The notes under the pieces: model-generated
Seen by the model: the letters and a program-made list of their open reading frames with translations, nothing else
What the model was told of the DNA's origin: nothing
Databases searched by the model: none
Virus record (IMG/VR): IMGVR_UViG_3300014208_000019
Coordinates: 1-39,365 of that record
Reading direction: 5' to 3' (one strand)
DNA: 39,365 bases
Origin: a virus
Taxonomy: Duplodnaviria; Caudoviricetes
Part shown: one piece after another, positions 1 through 10,057 of the stretch
How positions within the stretch are numbered: the first letter of the stretch is position 1
Layout of the letters: every line of letters starts with the position of its first letter
Program-made: the position numbers and the translations under genes

Positions 1-21
1 ATACAGTGATTACGGATACAG
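1..21. repeat. 21-bp terminal overlap, identical to 39345-39365 (circular assembly junction)
   Basis: ATACAGTGATTACGGATACAG is at both ends; the ORF starting at 38261 reads in frame across the junction into the 6..422 ORF. Confidence 0.95.
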
Positions 22-422
22 CGATTTCTAAAACAGCCGAGTACCAAATTTCAAACGATAGACCGACAGCAAAAAGCGCGGAGTATAAAATTCAAAAAAA
101 GTATTCCCAGGCCAAAGGCGCGGACTACAAAATAAACGGGAGTATCAGAAAAAACATTGGCGCAACATACGAACTGAAAACATCGCAAGGGCAACAAAAA
201 GCGGCGGGATATTGGATTGCGAAAAATTACGGAATAACCAAAGGCGCGGAGTATTTAATCCAACCGAAAAGAATTATCACGAAGACCGCAACGTATGTCG
301 TCATTTCGCCGAAAGTAAAAACAATGGGGGCGGAGTACGTTATTAGGGTTTATCCTTTCAGTGAAAAGGCATCTCCTTTCACAGATAAGACCGGGATTTT
401 TTCGGACTTTCCACATATTTAA
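1..422 (+). CDS. 3' part of the 501-aa 14-residue tandem-repeat protein that starts at 38261
   Basis: In frame with ATG 38261 after removing the 21-bp overlap; the same Tyr-anchored 14-aa repeat continues. Confidence 0.9.
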   Translation, partial: TVITDTAISKTAEYQISNDRPTAKSAEYKIQKKYSQAKGADYKINGSIRKNIGATYELKTSQGQQKAAGYWIAKNYGITKGAEYLIQPKRIITKTATYVVISPKVKTMGAEYVIRVYPFSEKASPFTDKTGIFSDFPHI

Positions 423-426
423 TACG

Positions 427-448
427 GTGTTATAATTAAAGTATAAAA
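427..448 (+). promoter_or_regulatory. Extended -10 promoter motif GTGTTATAATTAAAGTATAAAA
   Basis: TGnTATAAT in an intergenic gap; one mismatch from the 22-mers at 2243 and 26176. Confidence 0.7.
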
Positions 449-453
449 ATACT

Positions 454-1017
454 ATGAGCGCAAAAGGATACACATCAAAAACCGCGATTGAGAACTATAT
501 TCTCAAAACGATAGACCCGTCTTTTGACCTGCAAATTGCGGAGTACATAGAGGGTGTGGAAAAGGTAATTGAAAAATTGACCGGGCGTAATTTTATTGCG
601 GACTCAGCCTCGGGGAAGCGCCTTTATGACGGGGACGGCTCGCCTATACTTTTGATTGACGACGCGCAAGAGATTACCAAGGTGGAGGTCAACGACGTGG
701 AAGTTGACAGCGCTTATATCTACAAATACCCTGCAAACAAAACACCAAAAAATAAAATCGTTTTGAGTGGTGCATATTTTTCAAGCGGGAAACAAAACAT
801 CACTATAACGGGAAAATTCGGATATAGCGTGAGCGTACCTATGGACATCAAGTTTGTTGCGACCGTTTTTGTTGCCGGACTTTTACAACCGGGACAGAAA
901 ACAGTGAGAAGCGAAACGATTGGAAACTATACCGTGGCATACGACAACGAAAAAGGGTGGGCGGATTTTGCCCGGGCGCAAGACATACTCAAAACCTATA
1001 AAAAATACACTTTCTAA
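454..1017 (+). CDS. Head-tail connector/adaptor protein
   Basis: Position, size and motifs (IEKLTGRNF, YDGDG, GKFGYS..VPMDIK, SETIGNYTVAY) typical of gp6/gp15-like adaptors. Confidence 0.75.
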   Translation: MSAKGYTSKTAIENYILKTIDPSFDLQIAEYIEGVEKVIEKLTGRNFIADSASGKRLYDGDGSPILLIDDAQEITKVEVNDVEVDSAYIYKYPANKTPKNKIVLSGAYFSSGKQNITITGKFGYSVSVPMDIKFVATVFVAGLLQPGQKTVRSETIGNYTVAYDNEKGWADFARAQDILKTYKKYTF

Positions 1018-1019
1018 AT

Positions 1020-1373
1020 ATGATTTCCGAACGATACAACGAAACAATTTCAGTTCAACGCCTTGCCACCGTTTACGAGGGCGAGGGTTCGGATATTGTG
1101 GCGACCAAAAAGAAAGATTTTCAGGCACACCTCACACACGTTTCGTGTTTTGTACAGGCATATGACGAGGACATAACCCGCGACATTCAGGTCGGATACG
1201 GTAAAAACTTTCGTCTGTTTTGTGGAATAGCGGACATCATAGAGGGCGACCGGGTATTGCGCTACCCCGGAACGGCAAGCGAGACAGAATATCGCGTGGT
1301 CGCATTAAAAAAATTCGCAGGATACGGAGCGAACAGCCATATGGAAATTCTTATCCGCGTCTTTCAATCATAA
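1020..1373 (+). CDS. Head closure protein (putative)
   Basis: 117 aa following the adaptor, with a DIIEGDRV...EYRV pattern. Confidence 0.6.
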   Translation: MISERYNETISVQRLATVYEGEGSDIVATKKKDFQAHLTHVSCFVQAYDEDITRDIQVGYGKNFRLFCGIADIIEGDRVLRYPGTASETEYRVVALKKFAGYGANSHMEILIRVFQS

Positions 1374-1813
1374 TGACAAAGATAACAGTCAAGCTCAAAG
1401 ATTACGACGTACTGCACGACCTTTTCAAACAAGCGCCAGAAAAAACAGCAAAGGAAATAAATATCGCGGTGCAAAAAGTTATTTTGAAAGTTCAGGGTTC
1501 GGCAATGAAACTCGCACCGATACAGTCAGGAAAATTGAGGCAAAGCGTAACGTCTCAAATGACAGGAATTGGATCTGGAAAAGTTGAGGTCGGAAGTTCT
1601 TATGGAATTTTTGTTCACGACGGGACGAAGCCTCATATAATACAAGTGAAGAAAAAAAGATGTTTGGCAAACGTAAAAACGGGACAAATTTTTGGAAAGA
1701 TAGTCCACCACCCCGGAACGAAAGCAAACCCATTTTTGCAAAACGCGGCGGACACGGAAATGACTTTTATAGATAAAGTGTTTGGAGAGGCGGTGGATAA
1801 CATAATGAAATAA
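1373..1813 (+). CDS. HK97 gp10-like neck protein
   Basis: APIQSGKLRQS, YGIFVHDGT and HPGTKANPFL motifs; start reassigned to ATG 1373, overlapping the upstream TAA. Confidence 0.8.
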   Translation: MTKITVKLKDYDVLHDLFKQAPEKTAKEINIAVQKVILKVQGSAMKLAPIQSGKLRQSVTSQMTGIGSGKVEVGSSYGIFVHDGTKPHIIQVKKKRCLANVKTGQIFGKIVHHPGTKANPFLQNAADTEMTFIDKVFGEAVDNIMK

Positions 1814-1814
1814 A

Positions 1815-2234
1815 ATGACAACTACATTTTTCAAAGACATAGCGGACGCAATAAAGAACAAAGTGAATACCGCGGAAAGCGTGGAAGTTGTTTATGGATA
1901 CGAGAAGTCAACATTTGCAGGTTTCCCCGCGGTCGTAATAGTACCGACATCAAACGATTCGGACTATGGGTCAACCGAGAGCGACAAAATAACTTACGTC
2001 TTCAAGGTCAAAGCGTATTACATAATAAAGGACGAAACGGAAATGGAGGAAGCGGACACCGCAATGTATGAAGTTATGGACGAGTTGAGCAACATATTCC
2101 GAGAACGAGACGTGTTGGGAGACGCTTGTGATTGGGTTGAGCCAGTTCCGGGAGAGTGGGACTTTGAGGAAAGAGGCGAAGCCGTTTACCGAACAGCAAC
2201 CCTCACACTTCGTTGTAAAAAGTATGTTGGATAA
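1815..2234 (+). CDS. Tail terminator/completion protein (putative)
   Basis: Acidic 139 aa with FPAVVI motif, immediately before the tail tube gene. Confidence 0.6.
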   Translation: MTTTFFKDIADAIKNKVNTAESVEVVYGYEKSTFAGFPAVVIVPTSNDSDYGSTESDKITYVFKVKAYYIIKDETEMEEADTAMYEVMDELSNIFRERDVLGDACDWVEPVPGEWDFEERGEAVYRTATLTLRCKKYVG

Positions 2235-2242
2235 TTAAAAAC

Positions 2243-2264
2243 GTGTTATAATAAAAGTATAAAA
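2243..2264 (+). promoter_or_regulatory. Extended -10 promoter motif GTGTTATAATAAAAGTATAAAA
   Basis: Identical to 26176-26197; lies upstream of the tail tube gene. Confidence 0.7.
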
Positions 2265-2285
2265 TTAATCGCTAACGAAAAACAT

Positions 2286-3302
2286 ATGTCAAATTTTTAT
2301 AGAGGAGATTTATTGAACATTGTGGTCGGAGTTGAAAACCCCGCCGCACGAGGGACGAAAGTTGACCCTATCGCCGCGATACCCGGACGCGCACCGTCGG
2401 GAATTAACGTGGACGTTATCAAAACTTTAATGAAAGAAACGCGCGGATCTGGAATTGCTTCACAAGGTTCCGAAATAGTCGGACGCGAGGCAAGCGGCCC
2501 GTTTGAGTTTAACCTCCGAAGCGAAACAATCGGATACATTTTGAAAACGATTGCCGGAGCGTGTAACACCGCAACGATACTCGCAAGCGTCAAAGAGCAT
2601 ACCTTTACTATACCGAAAGCAGAGCCGGAAACACCGACACTCACATTTGGACTTGCCGGAGGCCCGCAAGAATACGCATACCCCGGAGGTATCGGAAAGA
2701 AGCTCGTTATCAAAACGCCGGTAAACGATTTGGTAAACTGCGTGCTTGATATGCTCGCGCGCGACGAGGAAGAACACGCCGATTATGATATGACGGGACT
2801 ATTTTCTTCTACCGACTACATTTTCAGACCGCAAGATATTACTATCAAAATCGCAACAAACATCGCCGGACTTGCGGCCGCACCCGCGCTCGCTGTCAAA
2901 GAATTTTCCTATACTCACGACAACGGAGGGAAAGCTCAAAGGGTACTCGGAAGCGCGCCGGCTAGTAACCACCTCGCAGGGTTGACTTCAATCACAGGCG
3001 ATATGGTTTTGGATTTCGGAGGAAAAACATATCACGATTACTTTGTGGACGGAGATTATAAAGCGTTGCAAATTACACTTCAAAGAACGGATATTGATTT
3101 GGACGTGGCACACAATCACCCTCGCCTCATTATTGAACTTCCGAGAGTTTCTATTGAAAAATACAACCCGGAAAGACCGATTGACGATATTATCAGAGAC
3201 AAGTTTTCTTTTGTCGCACACTTTGACGAAACGGAAGACAGCGCGTTTGAGGCACGCCTCCAAAACACGGTCGCTGATTACGATTACGAACCGGCTTCAT
3301 AA
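2286..3302 (+). CDS. Major tail tube protein
   Basis: 338 aa between neck genes and tape measure; beta-rich, with HTFT, ITGDMVLDF and LIIELPRV patterns. Confidence 0.7.
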   Translation: MSNFYRGDLLNIVVGVENPAARGTKVDPIAAIPGRAPSGINVDVIKTLMKETRGSGIASQGSEIVGREASGPFEFNLRSETIGYILKTIAGACNTATILASVKEHTFTIPKAEPETPTLTFGLAGGPQEYAYPGGIGKKLVIKTPVNDLVNCVLDMLARDEEEHADYDMTGLFSSTDYIFRPQDITIKIATNIAGLAAAPALAVKEFSYTHDNGGKAQRVLGSAPASNHLAGLTSITGDMVLDFGGKTYHDYFVDGDYKALQITLQRTDIDLDVAHNHPRLIIELPRVSIEKYNPERPIDDIIRDKFSFVAHFDETEDSAFEARLQNTVADYDYEPAS

Positions 3303-3303
3303 G

Positions 3304-3360
3304 ACGTTTGCCTGACATCGGGAAAACGTAAAACCATATTCCCGACACCGGGAATTTGGT
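3304..3360 (+). other. Two tandem stem-loops sharing a CCYG-ACAY-CGGG core
   Basis: ACGTTT..CCTG ACAT CGGG..AAACGT and ACCA..ATTCCCG ACAC CGGGAAT..TGGT. Confidence 0.6.
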
Positions 3361-3373
3361 GCATAAAAAAACT

Positions 3374-5260
3374 ATGGCAGACAAAAAACTAACATTTTCA
3401 ATAACCGCAGAGAACAACACAAACGCCGCCATAAACGAGGCGACGGCAAACCTTGAAAAAGTAGAAAAGAAAACTGCCGACGTTACGAAAGCGCAAACAG
3501 CGCAAGCTTCCGCCTCCACAAAAAGTGGCGGGGCGTTTTCGTCTTTGAGCGGAGCTGTTGCTTCGGGAATGTTGATTTATAACGCCGCGGTAATGGCGGT
3601 GGAAAAATTCATCGGAGCGATAAAAGGAACGGTGGACGCTTATGTGGAAGCCGAGAAAAAAACAGCGCTTATGGAAAACCGCCTCAAAAATATGGGGGCG
3701 GAATACGGAGCGCTTATCCCGAAAGTAAAAGAACACGCCGACCAAATGATACAGATGGGGTTTGACGACGAGGAAACGGCGGACAGTTTATCACGTTTGA
3801 TACAAATGACAGGCGACTATAACAGCGCCGTTCAAATTCAGAATGTAGCAATGGACTTCGCGAGGAATAAAGGAATTTCCCTTGACCAAGCCACGCAGAC
3901 CCTCATAAAAGCAAACGTCTCGGGCGCGCGTGTTATGCGCGAGTTTGGGTCTACCTTGGAAGACAACGCCACTTTTATGCAGGTGTTGATGGAAATAGAA
4001 AAGAACGCAGGGAACGCGACCGAAACATATGCAAACCAAACCGCGGGACAGTTAGACGTAATGTCCGTGAAGTGGGATAACCTCAAAGAAAAAATCGGTG
4101 GGGTATTCGTAACGCTTGCCGGATATGTGAAGACGGGAATGATTGCAAGTATGGAAGCGTGGGGAATGTCTTTGACCGATACAAAAGTGGTAATTGACCG
4201 AAACCTTGCATCCATAGACGCGAAGTTTAAGACAAGTGCGGTCGCGCAAAAAGAATTTGCGGACGCAGTAAACAGCGCACACGAAGAAGTGACGAACGCT
4301 TTGCAAAAAGAGCGTGATGATCTGGAAAAGAACGCACAGGATTGGACGACCACGCGACAAAAAATGGCGGACGACCTCACAAAACTGCAAAAGGATTTTT
4401 TGGCAAACGAAAAAGACACAGAGGAGGCAAACCACGAAAGACAACTGGAACTTTACAACTCTCACGCCGAAAAGGTAGCGAACTTGAAAGAACAGGTCGC
4501 AACAGAGGAAGACCAAACAAAAAAAGACAAACTCCAAAAACAACTGGACGAGGAATTGGCAATTTTGAGACAATACGACGGATTGAAAACGGAAGCGCAA
4601 GCTCTTGCTTCAAAAAGCGATTTACAACTTCTTGACGAAAGGTTCAAAGCCGAGAAACAAAAAAGGATTGACGCGGCCGCCGAAAAGGTAGCCGATATGC
4701 AGAAAGAATATCTTGCAGAGCAAGAAGCTTACAAGAAAAAAGACGAAGCGATATTGAATGCAACGGCGACAACCCTGCAAAAAATTCAAGACAAGTACAA
4801 AGTGAGTTTTGGAAATATCAAAACGATAGTGGATACCACACACGACCAGATTGCAACTTCTATCGCGGACATCGTTTCGCAGTTTATGCAAGCGGAAGTG
4901 AAAGTGAGTACAGCGGCCGCGAGTATTAAAGCAAAAGCGCAAGAAGCCACCGTCGCAAAAGAGTCGCTTGTTTCTTTTAATTCGCTCGGGATAATGCAGA
5001 TAGGAACGCAGACAAACAAAAGCACAGACCCTCTTTCTTTTCTTCCTCATTTCGCAGAGGGAGGAATTGTGAACGGCCCGACGATTGCACTCATAGGCGA
5101 AGACGGCCCCGAGGAAGTCGTGCCACTGGGAAAAGGAACGAGGTCGGGTCTAACGATTAACCTTACAATCACCGGAAACAATTTTGTTGGACGCGAGGGA
5201 ATAGCCGACCAGATAGGACGCGACGTTATGCGTGTGATAAAAGCAAACGTAAAATTATGA
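3374..5260 (+). CDS. Tail tape measure protein
   Basis: Long helical, Ala/Lys/Glu-rich protein with N-terminal LTFSITAEN and C-terminal FAEGGIVNGPTIALIGEDGPEEVVPL; start at ATG 3374. Confidence 0.9.
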   Translation: MADKKLTFSITAENNTNAAINEATANLEKVEKKTADVTKAQTAQASASTKSGGAFSSLSGAVASGMLIYNAAVMAVEKFIGAIKGTVDAYVEAEKKTALMENRLKNMGAEYGALIPKVKEHADQMIQMGFDDEETADSLSRLIQMTGDYNSAVQIQNVAMDFARNKGISLDQATQTLIKANVSGARVMREFGSTLEDNATFMQVLMEIEKNAGNATETYANQTAGQLDVMSVKWDNLKEKIGGVFVTLAGYVKTGMIASMEAWGMSLTDTKVVIDRNLASIDAKFKTSAVAQKEFADAVNSAHEEVTNALQKERDDLEKNAQDWTTTRQKMADDLTKLQKDFLANEKDTEEANHERQLELYNSHAEKVANLKEQVATEEDQTKKDKLQKQLDEELAILRQYDGLKTEAQALASKSDLQLLDERFKAEKQKRIDAAAEKVADMQKEYLAEQEAYKKKDEAILNATATTLQKIQDKYKVSFGNIKTIVDTTHDQIATSIADIVSQFMQAEVKVSTAAASIKAKAQEATVAKESLVSFNSLGIMQIGTQTNKSTDPLSFLPHFAEGGIVNGPTIALIGEDGPEEVVPLGKGTRSGLTINLTITGNNFVGREGIADQIGRDVMRVIKANVKL

Positions 5261-6744
5261 TAACTATTTCAATCGCGGGGATAGACCGCTCGTCCCTTAT
5301 CACATTTGGAAGCGTACGAAAAACGGACGCAATAAACCAACAGACAGACCTGTTGAGTTTTTCCATAGTGGGACACAACACTCAAACATACAAACCGACA
5401 CCGGGCGACGAGGTTTTAATGTACGACGGAGCGACAAAAGTATTCGGCGGGAGGATTTACGCAGTAACAACAAGCGACGCGGGACACGGAAAAAAATTCC
5501 ACTCGGTACAGGCAAAAGATTATTCTTATGATCTGGGACGGCTTCTTGTTGTGGAAGAATACGACGGAATGACAGTGGAGGACGTTATAACCGCAATTTT
5601 GACGGCATACGCGCCAGATTTTACGCATAGCAACGTCGTATGTACCCTAAACGTAGTCAAGGTCGTTTTTGACAGAATAACGGTAATGCAAGCCATACAA
5701 AAACTCGCGGATATGGCGGGCTTTTCTTGGTACGTTGACTATGACAAAGATATACATTTTTTTGAAAAGAATACCGAACCGGCACCCTTTACGATAGAGG
5801 ACGACAACGGAAACTTGATTGCGGAGACGTTGGAAATTACCGACGACCTTTCACAAATAAGAAACCGAATTTTTATCAAAGGTGGAGAGGTAGAGGGAGA
5901 CGAACGAACGGAACCGATAAACGGAGACGGCACAAAAAAACAATTCAAACTTTCAAATAAGTTTTCACATATTCCAACAGTAATGGTCGGAGGAGTACCA
6001 AAAACTGTGGGTGTGGATTACATAGACGACGAAGCGAGCTTTGATTGTTTCTGGGATTATAACCAGCAATATATTCGTTTCAAAGATACGACAATCCCCG
6101 GAGTCGGAGCGAATAACATTTTGGTTACTGGGTTACCTCTTTATCGTTTGGTTGTTCAAGTATCAGACCCCACGAGTATTACCGCGAACGGAATTTTTGA
6201 ATATACGGAAACGGACGAAACTTTGAAAAGTAGAGAGAGCGCCGTGGCTTTTGCCCGGGCGCAGATAGCGGCCTATAAAGACGGAGTAACCGAGGGACAC
6301 TTTGAAACGTACACACCCGGATTGAGAAGCGGGCAAATTATTGAAATATCAACATCACTCCGAGGAGTAACAGAATACTTTTTAATACAGCGCACCTCTT
6401 TTTCAATGCTCACGCAAACGAGTTTTGTTTGGAGTGTAGAACTCGCGACACTTAAAACGGTCGGGCTTATAGATTTTCTTATGTCGCTTTTGCAAAACGG
6501 CACGAAACTTTTGCAAGATACGGGCGAGGTGGTTTTGGAAAAAACAGAATTTCCCGAAGAAAGTTTGGGAATAACCGAAACCGTAGACGTAAACACGGAA
6601 GACATACCGATTGCCGAGAGCGCCGAAATACAAGAAGCGGTCGTGGTGCAAGCCCTTGATTACGGCGTGCAGTTTGTACTCGGGCCGTGCATACCACACG
6701 GAACGAAAAGAGTTTTTTGTCTTGACGGGAGCCGTATGATTTAA
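5257..6744 (+). CDS. Minor tail/baseplate hub-like protein
   Basis: Follows the tape measure with ATGA overlap; AIQKLADMAGFSWYVD and GLRSGQII patterns. Confidence 0.65.
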   Translation: MITISIAGIDRSSLITFGSVRKTDAINQQTDLLSFSIVGHNTQTYKPTPGDEVLMYDGATKVFGGRIYAVTTSDAGHGKKFHSVQAKDYSYDLGRLLVVEEYDGMTVEDVITAILTAYAPDFTHSNVVCTLNVVKVVFDRITVMQAIQKLADMAGFSWYVDYDKDIHFFEKNTEPAPFTIEDDNGNLIAETLEITDDLSQIRNRIFIKGGEVEGDERTEPINGDGTKKQFKLSNKFSHIPTVMVGGVPKTVGVDYIDDEASFDCFWDYNQQYIRFKDTTIPGVGANNILVTGLPLYRLVVQVSDPTSITANGIFEYTETDETLKSRESAVAFARAQIAAYKDGVTEGHFETYTPGLRSGQIIEISTSLRGVTEYFLIQRTSFSMLTQTSFVWSVELATLKTVGLIDFLMSLLQNGTKLLQDTGEVVLEKTEFPEESLGITETVDVNTEDIPIAESAEIQEAVVVQALDYGVQFVLGPCIPHGTKRVFCLDGSRMI

Positions 6745-6782
6745 CCCTTGGTGCTATTATAAAAACATTGTATAATAAAATT

Positions 6783-7340
6783 ATGAACAAAGAAGCCAAC
6801 AAAAGAAACAAGCGGGGTTCCTATGCCAAAACACGGTATGGCGAACTTGATAAATATACCGAGGAATTAAAAAAGAGAGCCGGACTTGTTGTTGGCGTAA
6901 TAGGAACGTACCGCACACAGCTTTTGAATGTTTTAACGGGAGAGCAAGAAGTCAAATTTTATCATAATATCATACCGACAAGCGGTTTGACACTTCTTGC
7001 AAACAACCTCACGGACGCAACACCCGACAACGATATGCTGATTTCGCACGCGGCGCTCGGCAGTAACGTAACGCCACCCGCACTCGGGGACGTGAAACTT
7101 GGGACGGAAACATATCGCAACGCGATTGCTTCCAAAACAAACAGCGCCGGTGTAGCATACGCGACCGCATACTTTAACCAAACGGAATGCAACGGAACGT
7201 ATAAAGAAGCCGGAATTTTTTGCGACGGAAGTTTGACACCCGACGACGGTATTCTTTTTTCACACGTTGCTATTGACGTGGTAAAAACGAACGTCCAAAA
7301 ATTAACAATAGACTGGACTTTCACAATAATTAACGCATAA
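6783..7340 (+). CDS. Virion tail-associated structural protein
   Basis: HNIIPTSG..ALGS..TETYRNAI..YKEAGIF..LTIDWTFT; preceded by TATAAT at 6771. Confidence 0.6.
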   Translation: MNKEANKRNKRGSYAKTRYGELDKYTEELKKRAGLVVGVIGTYRTQLLNVLTGEQEVKFYHNIIPTSGLTLLANNLTDATPDNDMLISHAALGSNVTPPALGDVKLGTETYRNAIASKTNSAGVAYATAYFNQTECNGTYKEAGIFCDGSLTPDDGILFSHVAIDVVKTNVQKLTIDWTFTIINA

Positions 7341-7345
7341 AAAAT

Positions 7346-8476
7346 ATGACAGCACTACCTACATTTACAGCGGATAACGAACTCCCCGCCGCTGATCTGC
7401 AACAAGCTTTTGCTGACGTTGCGGAAGTCGCGCGTGAAATGCTTTATGCGGCTTCAAGCGCGGGAAACGATACGTATGCGATTACGCCATATCCGGCAAT
7501 AAGCGCGTATGCAGTCGGGCAGGTTTTTTATTTCAAGGCGGACGTGGCAAATACAGGTGCCGCGACTTTGAATGTAAACGGAAAGGGAGCTATCGCTATC
7601 AAAAAAAATAAAGATGTTGCTTTGACGAGTAACGATATAAAAGCCGACTCGCTTGTTGCCGTAATTTTTGACGGTACAAATTTTCAAATGATTAACCAAC
7701 TTGCAAACCCTAGTATTGATTTGCAGGTTTTTACAGGTAACGGAACGTGGACGAAACCTGTTGGAGTAAACGCGGGCAGTAGAGTGATTGTGGAACTCTG
7801 GGGAGGAGGCGGAGGTGGAGGTTCTTCAAATGCAAACGCAGGAAGTGGCGGAGGAGGCGGTGGAGCATATCACAGATTTGAAATTCTTGCGTCATTGCTC
7901 GGTGCGACAGAAACTATCACAGTCGGAGCGCTTGGAGCGAAAGGAGCCGCGGACAGCGACGGAAGCGCAGGCGGAGCTTCGTCTTTTGGAACGTGGGCTT
8001 ATGCTTACGGCGGAGGAGGAGGTGGAAAATCTACCGCAGGCGGTGGAGGTTCAGGATACGGTGGAGGTGGTGGTGGTATTTTTAGCGCAGGCGGAAATGG
8101 AAGCTCGGGAGCAGGTGGAGCAGGCGGAGCGCCCCTTGGAGGAGCTTCACCCGACGGAGTGAGTATTTATGGTGGTGCAGGAAGCTGTGTGAGCGGAGGA
8201 GGTGTTTCTGTTTTTGGCGGTTCAGGCGGCGCAAGACAAAATGCAAGTATTCCGACGGTTATGTTTGGCGGAGCAGGTGGGGGAGGAGTTTCCGCACCGG
8301 GGGTCGCTGGAAACGGAGGAATTTCATTGCACGGGGGAAACGGAGGCAACGGAGCAAATGGAAACGGCACAGACGGAAGCGCGCCAGGCGGAGGCGGGGG
8401 AGGAGGCGGTGGCGTGGGGGCAGGTGTTGGAGGAGACGGCGCCCGTGGAGAAGTCAGAGTAACCACTATTTTATAA
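7346..8476 (+). CDS. Glycine-rich tail fibre/receptor-binding-like protein
   Basis: N-terminal FKADVANTGAATLNVNG fibre module; C-terminal glycine-rich domain from QVFTGNGTWTKP to GEVRVTT. Confidence 0.75.
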   Translation: MTALPTFTADNELPAADLQQAFADVAEVAREMLYAASSAGNDTYAITPYPAISAYAVGQVFYFKADVANTGAATLNVNGKGAIAIKKNKDVALTSNDIKADSLVAVIFDGTNFQMINQLANPSIDLQVFTGNGTWTKPVGVNAGSRVIVELWGGGGGGGSSNANAGSGGGGGGAYHRFEILASLLGATETITVGALGAKGAADSDGSAGGASSFGTWAYAYGGGGGGKSTAGGGGSGYGGGGGGIFSAGGNGSSGAGGAGGAPLGGASPDGVSIYGGAGSCVSGGGVSVFGGSGGARQNASIPTVMFGGAGGGGVSAPGVAGNGGISLHGGNGGNGANGNGTDGSAPGGGGGGGGGVGAGVGGDGARGEVRVTTIL

Positions 8477-8481
8477 AATCT

Positions 8482-8685
8482 ATGCACATCAAAGCTCAAA
8501 AAAGAATTGAAAAAGCCAACAACACCCCGACCGCGAAAAAATCGCCGGTCGGTGTCGGGGTATACGGAAAATTAAAAATTAAAATCAACACGCTATGCGA
8601 TGACGCTTTGGAGGGAGGAAAATTGACGCACGAGGAAACCCGGAAAGTAGTTTGGTTGCGGTCGCGTCTTGAAATAGAGTTATGA
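8482..8685 (+). CDS. Hypothetical protein
   Basis: ORF fills the gap and overlaps the next gene by ATGA. Confidence 0.55.
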   Translation: MHIKAQKRIEKANNTPTAKKSPVGVGVYGKLKIKINTLCDDALEGGKLTHEETRKVVWLRSRLEIEL

Positions 8686-8957
8686 AACAAGACACCGAGA
8701 CGACGGTTGAAAAAATAATGATTTCCAAAATGCAACTTTTGGTTAGTGTCATTCTTTTTTTTATTCCCGTCATATCATTTTTTTATAGAATACAAATTGA
8801 CATTGCCCTCATTAAACAAAACCACGAGGCGCATATGGAAACAGCACTCACAAAGATTGCTGAACTAGAACAGCGCGATAAGACGCAAGACGACCGATTG
8901 GAAAAACAAAACGAAGCCATCATCAAACTTTTAACATTAAGCGAGCTAAAAAAATAA
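8682..8957 (+). CDS. Single-TM coiled-coil protein (holin-like/lysis accessory)
   Basis: Hydrophobic LLVSVILFFIPVISFF followed by coiled coil; directly before the lysin. Confidence 0.55.
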   Translation: MKQDTETTVEKIMISKMQLLVSVILFFIPVISFFYRIQIDIALIKQNHEAHMETALTKIAELEQRDKTQDDRLEKQNEAIIKLLTLSELKK

Positions 8958-8958
8958 A

Positions 8959-10053
8959 ATGGAAAACAACACAGGTATTTTTATCGTAGAACCGAAACTC
9001 GGAGATTTCCAAGTCGGAGCGGAGACTGGGATTTCAAAAGTTTTGGAACCGACGGGACAATACGACAAGTATTTGCCGACGGACGAAACACAGAGCCGAA
9101 ACGTCTTTGACTGTTACGGTTGCGTTTCTTTTTCTGCGGGGAATATCTTTGAGATTTTATTTGAGATTTTAATGCAAAGAGGAGAGATACCCGCAGAGCA
9201 TATTGCTTTTTTGAAAGAGAACGGATATTTTGACGAAAACGGAAAAATAAATGTTTCCGATAGACAGATTGCAAAACTTTCAGGGACGACACAAAACGGA
9301 AACGGACTGCCTACCGTCGCCGATAGCGTACGACATAACGGACTGGTGCCGGAAAAAAAGTGGCCGTGGCCGTCCGAAATGAAAGATACAATGACGAGAG
9401 ACGAAAAGTGGGCGATTTACTACAAAGAAGTTCCGCAAGAAGTTATTGACCTCGGGAAAAAATTTGCGGAAAAATTTGATATTCTTTATCAGTGGGTTTT
9501 GGTCGGAACGTATAGCACAAACCTTTTGAGAAAAGCTCTTGCATACGGCCCCGTTCAAATAGCGGCCGCGGTATGCACGCCGTGGAGCGCAACCGAGAAC
9601 GACCCGCCGATAAAAGGGTGCGGGTGCGGAGCGCAACACGCGACAGTGGTGTATGGATATACGGAAAATTATGACTGGAAAGATTATGATACATACAAAA
9701 GTTTCCGAAAACTCCTTGCGCCAAATTATTGCATACCTTACGCTTTTCAGTATCAGATAAGCGCAAAAATACCGCCGGTAGTAGTGCCATTTTCTTATGT
9801 GTTCAAAGTAAACCTCAAAAGCGGAGCGGAAGCCACGGCGGAAGTAAAAGCATTGCAGAGGGCATTGCAGACGCTCACACGGGCAGACAAAACGCCTTAT
9901 ATGAGACCGGGAGTGTTCGGCCCATACGGCCCGCAAACACAAACGGCGGTCAGGAAGTTCCAAAGCGACCACGGAATTATGGACGACGGGTCAAATTTCG
10001 GGCCGAAGACGAGAACGGCAATGAACGCCGAACTCTTAAAAATTAAAAAATAA
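8959..10053 (+). CDS. Endolysin: papain-like cysteine peptidase plus C-terminal peptidoglycan-binding domain
   Basis: Q..GCVSFS catalytic Cys, HATVVYGY His, WKDYDTY; VKALQRAL..GPQTQTAVRKFQ..FGPKTR is PG_binding_1-like. Confidence 0.75.
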   Translation: MENNTGIFIVEPKLGDFQVGAETGISKVLEPTGQYDKYLPTDETQSRNVFDCYGCVSFSAGNIFEILFEILMQRGEIPAEHIAFLKENGYFDENGKINVSDRQIAKLSGTTQNGNGLPTVADSVRHNGLVPEKKWPWPSEMKDTMTRDEKWAIYYKEVPQEVIDLGKKFAEKFDILYQWVLVGTYSTNLLRKALAYGPVQIAAAVCTPWSATENDPPIKGCGCGAQHATVVYGYTENYDWKDYDTYKSFRKLLAPNYCIPYAFQYQISAKIPPVVVPFSYVFKVNLKSGAEATAEVKALQRALQTLTRADKTPYMRPGVFGPYGPQTQTAVRKFQSDHGIMDDGSNFGPKTRTAMNAELLKIKK

Positions 10054-10057
10054 TTTT

